A stretch of DNA of 63,900 nucleotides, filler included, from Octopus bimaculoides (lineage: Eukaryota): the NCBI RefSeq assembly GCF_001194135.2. It is 11 parts of 10 records of this genome, joined end to end, with 100 filler letters (N's around TTAATTAATTAA, not from the genome) between each part and the next. Parts side by side here need not be neighbours in the genome. Positions count along the whole stretch, not along the records: positions 51,618 to 58,084 come from NW_026325913.1; positions 58,185 to 63,900 come from NC_068981.1; 9 more parts are not named here. One strand, given 5' to 3'. The translations under genes were made by a program, and so were the position numbers. Below the pieces are notes generated by a model that was given only the letters and a program-made list of their open reading frames with translations, had not been told where the DNA came from and did not search any database. Shown here in pieces: positions 53,442 through 63,900 of the stretch. Position 1 is the stretch's first letter; every line of letters begins with the position of its first letter.

Positions 53442-55306
53442 ATATATATATATATATGCATATATGGATACAGGACATCTACAACAGTAAAAAATATGAA
53501 GTATGAAAACACACGAGTTAAATACAAGACAAGTAACACAAAGAACGACCCTTATATATATATATATAAAACAGATATGTAACTGGAACTTCGAAGTCAC
53601 TGTCAACATTTTCCAGACATATCTCAAACCCTACGTTACCATAACATACACTCGAGCAGAATCGTTGTGACATAGTATGACTGTGACAGTGCTGATCTTT
53701 CGATTACGGGTAGAATCCATCCGAAATATACATCACACAGTTCACGTGTACCTAGCTTTTATCAAGGCTTGGATCAAATCAAGGTGACTGTGTTTTTTGC
53801 ATTCTACGTATGTATGTATGTATGTATGTAGGTAGGTAGGTAGGTAGGTAGGTAGGTAGGTAGGTAGGTTGGTAGGTAAGTAGGTGTGAAGGCTACAGTG
53901 GTAAGATCGTCTGTCGGATCCCGTCGGTGCGTTGTCTCCTTAAGCAAGACACTTTATTCCGTGTTGCACCAGTCCATTCAGCTGGCAAAACTGAGTATTC
54001 CTGTATTCCAAAAGGCTAGCTCTGTCACATTCTGTCACACTGAATCTACCCGATAACTACAGTATGGGTACGTGTATCTGTGGAGTGCTCAGCCGCTTGT
54101 ATGTTAATTTTACGTCCAGGCTAAGGCATTGAGCTGGCAGAAATGTTAGCACACCGGGCGAAATGCTTAGCGGGCATTTCGTCTGCCGTTACGTTCTGAA
54201 TTCAAATTCCGCCGAGTTCGACTTTGCCTTTCATCCGTTCGGGATCGATAAGTTAAGTACCTGTTACGCACTGAGGTCGATGTAATCGACTTAATCCCTT
54301 TGTCTGTCCTTGTTTGTCCCCGCTATGTTTAGCCCCTTGTGGGCAATAAAGAAATAAGAAACGTTAGTACGCTGGGCGAAGTGGTTGGCGGTATTTCGTC
54401 TGTCTTTACNNNNNNNNNNNNNNNNNNNNNNNNNNNNNNNNNNNNNNNNNNNNNNNNNNNNNNNNNNNNNNNNNNNNNNNNNNNNNNNNNNNNNNNNNNN
54501 NNNNNNNNNNNNNNNNNNNNNNNNNNNNNNNNNNNNNNNNNNNNNNNNNNNNNNNNNNNNNNNNNNNNNNNNNNNNNNNNNNNNNNNNNNNNNNNNNNNN
54601 NNNNNNNNNNNNNNNNNNNNNNNNNNNNNNNNNNNNNNNNNNNNNNNNNNNNNNNNNNNNNNNNNNNNNNNNNNNNNNNNNNNNNNNNNNNNNNNNNNNN
54701 NNNNNNNNNNNNNNNNNNNNNNNNNNNNNNNNNNNNNNNNNNNNNNNNNNNNNNNNNNNNNNNNNNNNNNNNNNNNNNNNNNNNNNNNNNNNNNNNNNNN
54801 NNNNNNNNNNNNNNNNNNNNNNNNNNNNNNNNNNNNNNNNNNNNNNNNNNNNNNNNNNNNNNNNNNNNNNNNNNNNNNNNNNNNNNNNNNNNNNNNNNNN
54901 NNNNNNNNNNNNNNNNNNNNNNNNNNNNNNNNNNNNNNNNNNNNNNNNNNNNNNNNNNNNNNNNNNNNNNNNNNNNNNNNNNNNNNNNNNNNNNNNNNNN
55001 NNNNNNNNNNNNNNNNNNNNNNNNNNNNNNNNNNNNNNNNNNNNNNNNNNNNNNNNNNNNNNNNNNNNNNNNNNNNNNNNNNNNNNNNNNNNNNNNNNNN
55101 NNNNNNNNNNNNNNNNNNNNNNNNNNNNNNNNNNNNNNNNNNNNNNNNNNNNNNNNNNNNNNNNNNNNNNNNNNNNNNNNNNNNNNNNNNNNNNNNNNNN
55201 NNNNNNNNNNNNNNNNNNNNNNNNNNNNNNNNNNNNNNNNNNNNNNNNNNNNNNNNNNNNNNNNNNNNNNNNNNNNNNNNNNNNNNNNNNNNNNNNNNNN
55301 NNNNNN

Positions 55307-55348
<42 letters not shown>

Positions 55349-55670
55349 GATACATACGTAAATGCATACATACACATACACATACACACGCATATATAAA
55401 CAATTTGATATAACTTTGTTTGACTCGGGGCTATTTTTGAAGACCCTTGCATAGGGCACTAGGCAGTAGGATTGAAACCAGGACCATGTGGCTGTTAAGC
55501 GAATTTGGTAACCGAGTAGCCATGCTTGAGCCTATAAAAAATTGTTGTCCCGTGATATGAATACTAGATAAAGAGACGAACGCTTACCGAAGATCGAACT
55601 CAAGACGTCGGTACAGCATCAGCCAAACAATAAGAACAACGACAACTACAGCAGCAAGGGTAGTGCTTAC

Positions 55671-55787
55671 CTTCGCAGTGTGTCCAGTTCATTAATTGGA
55701 AGCCCTGCTGACACGTACAAACGTAGCCGCCCACTGTGTTGCGACAGCCGCCACCGCAGTCGTGAACCTCCGTGCATTCGTTGATAT
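55671..55787 (-). CDS. Internal exon encoding a calcium-binding EGF domain
   Basis: tctatttcttcag|AT ATC AAC GAA TGC...TGC GAA G|gtaagc; 117 nt, phase 1-1; (D)INECTEVHDCGGGCRNTVGGYVCTCQQGFQLMNWTHCE; six Cys, D-x-N-E-C and C-x-N-x4-Y-x-C-x-C motifs. Not in the ORF track. Confidence 0.93.
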
Positions 55788-56900
55788 CTGAAGAAATAGA
55801 TTGAAACGTGTCCTGTGAGTTGCAGGTTTGTCATTATTTAACAGCAACGTAATAAAATAGATGTGTTCGATGTGTGTATGTCTATATGTACGGCTATATA
55901 TATATATATATATATATTTCTTTCAACACACGTATCCACATCAAGAATCTTGCACACGAAATACACATACAAAATACAAATATATTGCTAGTAGTAAAGA
56001 TTATTACTAGCAATGCCACGAAAATTAATGGAAATTACCACGTACTCTCACAGGAAAAAGAAAAGTACACTATGAACGATTATTTTATTAATAATCGTTT
56101 TTCTCTACGTATTTCATTTAAGTACATATTTTTGATAAGGTTTCTAAACAACCGAAACATGTAAAACAAAAACATTTTCTAATGTATTTATATAAAGACA
56201 TTTTCGTTCTTCTTTTTCATGTGTGTGTGTGTGTGTGTGTGCGTGCGCGCGTGCGTGCGTGCGTGCGTGTGGCTAGCCACTAAACCATTTTTATTTTCTC
56301 TCTTTGTTTATTTTCTGTGTTCCTTTCTGTATGCATATATGTATATGGCAGTCCCCATATTTCATTCCATTTTGGCTAAATCTGATAAGCGCAGGGCTGT
56401 ATATTAGGTTGAGGAAGAAGTTCGTGGCCCGTTAAAATAATGCTTTTTTAAAAATAAATTTTTGTGGTGTGTGAATTCATTCATTTCATTATTTTAACAC
56501 GGCGCACGAACTTTTTCCTCAATCTGGAAATTGGATTGTTACCTGCCACTCCGTTGTATCACTACCGTGAAACTGATTGGTAAGGTCGGCCATAATGGAT
56601 ACATAATACTGTACACTTCGGATAATATCCACTCTATTGACAGATATACCAGTGCATTTTTCCTGACTTATGGATTCTTAGACGACTTATACACATACAT
56701 ACATACATACATACATACTTACAATATATACACATACATACCTACCTACATACATACATACACACACACACTTATACGCATACATAATATGTGCATACAA
56801 TATTAAAAGGAAATTTGTCACACGTGAAACGCCATTGTCCAGAATTGATTGAGAAAGACCTCAACAATAATAACAACAGCAACACTATTCATATACGTAC

Positions 56901-57020
56901 CTCTGCAGTAGATGTTGTCAATTAGACGGTATCCTTGGTTACACTTGCAGTTGTAGCTTCCCGGGATATTGTGGCACATGTGTTCACAGCCACCGTTCAT
57001 CTCGGCACATTCATTGTTGT
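56901..57020 (-). CDS. Internal exon encoding a calcium-binding EGF domain
   Basis: ttatttacag|AC AAC AAT GAA TGT...TGC AGA G|gtacgt; 120 nt, phase 1-1; (D)NNECAEMNGGCEHMCHNIPGSYNCKCNQGYRLIDNIYCR. Splices in frame to 55787. Confidence 0.95.
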
Positions 57021-58186
57021 CTGTAAATAATATTAATAATAACAGCGTCAGGAATTATAACAACAACAACAACAATAATAACAATAATGATAATTTCTAC
57101 TATAGACACGAGGCCTGCAATTTTGGGGGAGGGCGCAAGTCGATTATATCGATCTCAAGTGCTCAACTGCTGCTTATTTTATTGGTCCTCCGTTGGTTAC
57201 GATGACGATGGTTCTAATTGGTCCAATAAACGGAATGACCTGTTCCTGAAATAAACGTGCAAGTGGCTGAGAACTCCACAGACACGCGTACATTCACTAT
57301 AGTTCTCAAGGAGATTCAGCGTGACACAGAATTTTATGAGACTGACACTTTTGAATAACAGGTTCAGCTCCTTTTTTCAGCTGTATGAACTGGAGCAGCG
57401 TGAAATACAATGTCTTGCTCAAGGATACAAAGAGAATCGAACTGACGACCTCACGATTGTGAACCGAGTACACTAACCAGAAAGCACGGAGGCGTTTGAA
57501 CTCAGAACATAAAGGCGGGCAAAATGACGCTTAACGGCAGCACGTTGTGCATTTGTACAAGGCTCATTATTTCACGTCGCCTCAGTCTACTCGGCTGCAT
57601 GTAAGCACTAGCTGAATACTGGTGTAGCTCTCTGTTTCTCTCCTTCCAGCTGTCATATCCTGCTTGTGCCACCGGTTCACAGGTGATGGGGCCAAAAAGG
57701 TCCAGTACTTGTTACGGTTCAGTGATGTGTACGTCTCAGTGAGCATTGAAAGCTATGTCAATGGAATGCAAGCACCTAGAAGGAGCCGCTCAAACGGGAT
57801 AAGTCAAAGGGGTGAGGCCACCAAGTGAATGTGGACTACGTTTGTTCCGAGGTAAAAAAAAATGGGTTTACCAAGGGGCCTACGGATCAACTTAGAGAAA
57901 GATAAAGTAACGGAAGCATCGATGACAATCCAAAACCTGACAAACCCAGAAAAGGAAAGCATTTCGTGATAGTTCATAAATACCTAACAAAGAGCGAGCA
58001 AACTGGTAAACGTTTGGCGTAATCCGTTATTATTTACAAATATATTTATATATATCTGTGTGTGTGTGTGTGTGTGTGTGTGTGNNNNNNNNNNNNNNNN
58101 NNNNNNNNNNNNNNNNNNNNNNNNNNNNTTAATTAATTAANNNNNNNNNNNNNNNNNNNNNNNNNNNNNNNNNNNNNNNNNNNNTG

Positions 58187-58265
<79 letters not shown>

Positions 58266-58268
58266 TTA

Positions 58269-58525
58269 CAGGGTGCGATGGGTAAATTGTTGCCATTTTA
58301 TATTCTTAATTTCGCTCATGCGCATTATTTGTTTTTGATTTTGTCGACTACACAGTATGGTAGGGTCAGTTGGGAACCGTCTGTGAGAAAAACAGCACCA
58401 TGACGTAATTCACTCTGCCGGAAATTTGGAAATGACATGCTGTACTGCTTGGCATTCTCGCCGGAAGCTCCACTACGAACATTTCAGAACGTGTTGGTGT
58501 CAATCTAAGGACAGTGCAATCTGAG
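58269..58525 (+). mobile_element. 5' end of a Tc1/mariner-superfamily element
   Basis: Starts ta|cagggtgcg after (GATA)n; translation HAVLLGILAGSSTTNISERVGVNLRTVQ is HTH-like. Confidence 0.6.
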
Positions 58526-58559
58526 AACATGTACCGATCTTATGTACAGACCTATTGAA

Positions 58560-59970
58560 GTGAAGCTTTGGGAAACACCTAGACTTCTTCGGAGCTATTT
58601 ATTTATCTTCGTCTCCACCCTTTCCACTCTTGTCATCGGAATATCATACAGCGTCAACAGCCATATGAGTCTTGGGAGCAGTCTGTGTTAGTAGAGCCAT
58701 GCCCTTAACTTTCCTGGAAGCCCCAATTTATCAATCTTCATCAGCCACTCCTCTGCTTGCTTCACAATGTTGGGGACTTTGCTTCTGTCTGACAGCGACT
58801 TGGCAAACATCTTTCCAAAGCATTTAATAGGATTTTCTACTGTTGATGGAATGGCCTCTCATTGCATTTGCATCCACCACCATCCACCACCACCACAACT
58901 GATCACCATCCTCCTCGATTTTTCGGGCTTAAACTTCATTCTAGTGAAGTCAACATTCTTTCTGCATCCACATAGGTTGCAGTTGTTACCGTAATAACAT
59001 CTGTGAAGACTCTTATTGGGTGTTGACAGCTGCCTGGTCTTTGGGCTTCTCTATCAGCAGTTGATATGAGATTCATACTCATAATGAAAAGAATGGGGGA
59101 AATTGTGCACCCAGTTATGATTCCTTTCTTAAGGTCTTGCCACCGAGTTGTAAAATAGGTTGTTCTGAAACGTAACTGGATGCCTCCAAAATAACTGTTG
59201 CTTATTCCCTTGATATGCGGGTGGTTAAGAAAGAAGTCAAAGGCTGGATAAATGAGGGCATGAGCAATTGACCCACATGCATTTTCAAGATCCAGCCAAA
59301 CTACTGTCAAGTTACTTTTACTTCTCTTAGCCTCCTGAATCAAATGACTGAGAATTCCAGTGTGTTTCAGACATCCTGAGAAACCCGGAACCTCACCTTT
59401 CTGGATATATGTATTTATATACCCATTCTCAGTTATGTATGATTTCATCCTTTTAGCCAGTACGGAAAATAAGATTTTCCCCTCAACACTCAGGAAGGAG
59501 ATGGTCCTGAATTGATTAACAGCTGTGGAGTTTTCTTCTTTTGGCACAAAACATCCTGCTGCCTTCTTCCAACATGGTGGAATGATACCCTCTGTCTAGA
59601 TCTTTCGGAACAGCTTCCACAGTCTCAGAAGGAGCCGCGGACATTTCTGGTATACGTTATAAGGTATACTACTTGGGCCAGAAGCTGATCCTGATTTGGC
59701 CTTTTAAACTACTTATTCCACTTCTTTCCAGGATGGACAGCTGAGGTTGAATTTATTTACTGGTATTTCAGCTTTACCGACATTTGGGTTAACATCAAGG
59801 GATTGAGTCCCCCTCAGAAATGCTTCTACCTCTTCTTTGGAGCTAGTCAATTTCCCTGATTTGATTTCCCTCACCAGCGTTCGGGTGAATCTAAAAGTGT
59901 TCTTGACAAATTGCGATCGTTTGGTCTCCCTCTCTTTCCTCCGCTTGTGGGTGCTTTCTGCCCCTCTAAG
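58560..59970 (-). mobile_element. RLE-type non-LTR retrotransposon RT remnant, HERO-like
   Basis: ORF 58936-59547 FRTISFLSVEGKILFSVLAKR...QKGEVPGFSGCLKH...WLDLENACGSIAH...TGCTISPILF; frameshifted upstream part KSGSASGPSSIPYNVYQKCPRLL. Confidence 0.85.
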
Positions 59971-60029
59971 CCTATATATNNNNNNNNNNATATACATATA
60001 TAGTACACATATTATTTGTTATCGATATA

Positions 60030-60328
60030 TAAGGATAATATCCAAGGATCCAAGTGTAGGAAGTTATTAGGCTTCAAGCAGACCGTGGCATGTATAGGAA
60101 GCAAAAAGTGGGCCATGTAAGTTCTGGAAGAATTACAATTTATTGGCGTCGAAGATTACACACTTTTTCCCATATTGAAGTTACGAGGAAATTCGATAAT
60201 CTTAAGATTTTGTATAGCTCGTGGTTAGCAACTAGAATTGTTATGAATGTGAATAAAAATCCAAATGCGGGAGTGGAACAGATGAAATCCAGCCTGGATG
60301 TTACTTGTTCCACTCCCTCAATTTGGAT
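60030..60328 (-). mobile_element. Second copy of the 32.7-33.2-kb family with a short terminal hairpin
   Basis: The body matches 32950-33180; hairpin atccaaatgcgggagtggaaca...tgttccactccctcaatttggat at 60259-60328. Confidence 0.75.
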
Positions 60329-63300
60329 CATATATATATATAAATATATAGGTGGAGAAAGCTTGAGCTTTGCACGTACGGTAGTAAGAAGTAGATGGCC
60401 GTTCTGTGAAACTTATCTGAACAATTTCTCAGTACGTGTCCTCCTCTTAACTACAAAGCTCCTCAAACTATAAAAATTACGAGGGCACTGGTTTCCTTTG
60501 TGTGTGGAGAGGGCTAGAAAAGTTTCCCTAAAATATTGCTTGCTCACACAGTCCTGTCGTTATACTGCGAATGATAGAACTTTCAACCATGCAGTTGAAA
60601 ACTACGAGAAGACAAAGCAAAGAAGGTAGAGAAACGGATATTTGTATAGCAGCTCACGCTACTACGATCTTCGACCGAAAGCTGTTAAAACTCTGTTTGA
60701 TGGTATGTGTATTCTTGCTTCTGTTAGTTCACCAGCTTGCGTTTTACGTTTGCTGAGTGACTGTTATCTTGCTGCCTGATAATTGGTTATTTTTTTATTG
60801 TATATTTTTTATTGCTCTTTATTTGTTGTGGGAACATGTTCTAAATTGTTCCTTTTTTATTTCGCACTCTTAATATAAATTAAGTTTTTTGGTCAAATTT
60901 GTTGAAGTTTTGTTTTACATTTTTTTATCACGTTTGTTGATATCGTTTTGTATTTGTAAATGTTGTTTTGGTCGCGATTATGGGTTTAATGACTGGTTTC
61001 TTCATGAGTGAATGTGACAATAAAATTACAAATGTATTTATATATGGAGGAGTTTCATAGTTGAGTGACATTGCTGTGGCTTCTTAATTAGTTTAATTGA
61101 CAATACATCTTCAAAATGAATATGTCCATGGCAATATAAAAATCCAAAATGTAATAAAATGTAGGAATGACGTAGGTATATAGCGACATTAATAAAAAGC
61201 AATAGATTCAACACGTACGTGATTCAATTGCTTATGCAGTTTCAACTTACACACACAAACATTAAATGACGGTTTTATAACTATGGTTTAAATTGCTTCT
61301 CAGTATTTTGAAAGTATACGTAGCGGTGGAGAAGCTGAAAAGATACAGCGTTCAACATAAATACCGAATGGTACGTAGTTCTGTGTTTTACGCTCAAACT
61401 TGTCATGGTAGATTTAGCCTTTCCATTCTGAGGTAGCGATAAAAACATTCGACTAAAAATTTATTACTTTGCATAACTATCTTTGGTTTGTGGACATTAT
61501 GTACACTGTAGCCTATAAAAGCAAACCTTGCGTAGTTTCACGAAGTTTGTTTGAGGAAAATCTGTACATGCTAAAGAAACACAATCCCTTTGTTAATTAC
61601 ATTACCAAGAAGTTTTTCATTGAAATTAAATCATACATGCATACATACATATACTAATAAAGGTGTAACACCAGTTATTTTACTGCTATGATTGCAAGAA
61701 ATACAAGTTATATCCGAAGAAAATATATTTAATATATGTTTATATTTACTTTAAAATATGTGACGTATGTTTGTTTCCTAATCTTTTATTTGGGTTGGCC
61801 ATTATAACATTATCTTATTGTTGTAAACATTAATTCATTTCTTCATCGATCTCTCTTCAAAGACAATTTACATGAAAAATGTATCTACATTGTATTTACG
61901 ATATAGCCTTTGTACAATAAATATAATGCACATTTTTACTATTTTGATTTTTTAAAATTTTTATGTGAAATTCGGTTGTTATAACTATTTTTCCTTTTTA
62001 TTATTTCTTTTATTTTTCAAGGAAAACATCTGTGATAGAATTCTCCATACATTCGGCTCTTCCTAAAACTTTCCGCTATTAATCGTTCTGACTGCTCTTT
62101 TATGTTAAATCTTTCACTTTTGTTGCCACTAATGAAAGTAAATGAGTGCAAAAACACGTGCTTGTCTCTAGAGGAATTATATTTAATATACGTATATATT
62201 TAGCATATGTGTATGAGATGATAATATTTCTCAGTGTTCTTTAGTCTTATCCATCATCGTATTTATATATATAAGCAAGAGAAAGGTAACCTAGTACGTG
62301 AAGTAGAATATGGTGTAGGTGAAGTGTGTGTTACGGAAAATCTTACTCTATTTATCTCATGACTTTTGATGGAAGTAGAGTACAGACTCTTTGTTTTGGT
62401 AGTAACACGGTTGCCAAATACAGTTCATCGCTATTGTTATAGAACAAAAACTTCTTAAGCACTTTGTATTCAGATGCTACTTTCATTAATAACAATAATA
62501 ATCTTCGTTCGAAAAATGCACCTCACAGCTGATACCATATTCTCTATTGTAAACAAAGCAGAACATCCGTCTATTATATACGACATGGTCAAAAAGTCAA
62601 GTCGTCTGGAAATATCAGCAGTGGCCTGCCATAATTACTATGTTCGAAAATCTATCTTACAAGCTTTTCCATTTATAGCCTGCAGACTTACGATACGAGA
62701 AACAACGTTTTCGTTTCACCACATTTTGACATCGCAGAAACTAGGTTTACAAATTTATTTATTACAATACAAACAACGTTAAGCACGGCAGCTTACTGTA
62801 TCATGTTGTCGCTTAACCTATCATGATGTTAGAAGAATAACAGCTTCCTCATTATCAGTAACGAATTGTCGACAGGATTCTGCAAGCAAATATCTAGCAA
62901 AATGCTCTCATGACTTCAATAAATTTTAGTGATAAAGTATGCAGTAATTTAGACAAATACATTATAAATACAACTTACCAAAAATGCCATTGACCACTGA
63001 AATATTTCTCTAAGCTCCTTTTCGTTTAATCTACGCAAACCGCCAAGGCCATTAATATTTTAAACTCTTTTTTGAATAACTCCCTTAGCTCCATGAGATA
63101 AGGTCGGCGAATTGTCGTACTAATGACGGTTATTGAGCCAGAAACCCGTGTCCACGTCTGTCCACTTTTCTCCAGACAATAAGCCTCTCTTTTTCTTCAA
63201 TTTTGGAGAATTCTTGATTTTTGAGATTTCTTCCTCTTCTCATGTGGAGCTAAATCCTAATTACCATGTGATAATAAGAACACATGCTATACAGGTGGAG

Positions 63301-63656
63301 ATAATTTTAATAAATCAAGAATTTATGTTGTATGTTGTTTGATATACTTGCATTTGTCTATATTATTTAAATACATGCTCTTGGCAACTTCGATTTATTT
63401 CTCTTAATACATTTTGCTTAAATTATGTAATAACTTATATTGTTTCGATGGCGACATTAATCTATGAACAACATATTTCCTTCTGGGCTTTCTATCTTAA
63501 ACCAAACCAAACCAAGCATAAAAAAATCTCATATTAGCTTCATTAGAAGTCAGTCATTACATTTTCGTCAAGGAAACACACCATCATGTATGCGACATGT
63601 GTGTGCGCGTGTTTGTGCGTATGTGTCATTATATATATATATATATATATATATAT

Positions 63657-63865
63657 GGGAGAATATACGAAAAAACAACAACAGACGAGGACAGGTGGTG
63701 TAAATAACAAAAGGATGTATTAGTATGACGCTCGGGAATACGGAAAGTCTTTGACGTTTCGAGCTACGCTCTTCAACAGAAAGAATACGGAGACAAGGAG
63801 AAAAACACGGAGAAAAAAAATTGAATAGTATCCAGTCAACGGTCAATCATAATAATGGCTGATCA
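63657..63865 (-). mobile_element. HHR-bearing cassette, copy of 51627-51832
   Basis: Few substitutions relative to the 51.6-kb copy; preceded by (TA)n. Confidence 0.8.
63749..63783 (-). ncRNA. Minimal type I hammerhead motif (CUGUUGA variant), identical to 51718-51752
   Basis: Same 35-nt sequence. Confidence 0.7.
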
Positions 63866-63900
63866 TAACAATGGCTGACCGGAAGTTAGAAATTCTTTTT

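Noticed and set aside
60500-63340. Non-repetitive AT-rich stretch with short ORFs, possibly decayed transposase
   Set aside because: No catalytic or domain motif could be recognised with confidence.

Overview
This is AT-rich, microsatellite-dense animal genomic DNA with many N gaps. It is most likely an octopus, inferred from the tRNA-derived SINE families and the repeat landscape. The only host-gene coding sequence I can support is two symmetric phase-1 calcium-binding EGF exons on the minus strand (57020-56901 and 55787-55671). The rest is transposon debris: several SINE families, RTE LINEs, RLE-type non-LTR remnants (HERO-like and R4/Dong-like), mariner/Tc1, a Chapaev3-like DNA transposon and several Penelope-like element (PLE) remnants. 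The most interesting signal is a set of about ten hammerhead-ribozyme (HHR) motifs from at least six unrelated sequence families, read by hand. All are type I or type I-derived, with a short self-complementary helix III, the dimer-dependent form known from PLEs and retrozymes. One (13011-13102, minus) has a fully canonical core. At three loci (13.1, 21.2 and 32.8 kb) the HHR cassette is part of a divergent fold-back pair. Two near-identical HHR cassettes flank the EGF exon pair on its sense strand, and one motif at 34.3 kb has its HHR segments in permuted order. No ribozyme activity is demonstrated; all folds are manual. TTAATTAATTAA inside N runs is an assembly spacer. Boundaries of degenerate repeats are approximate.
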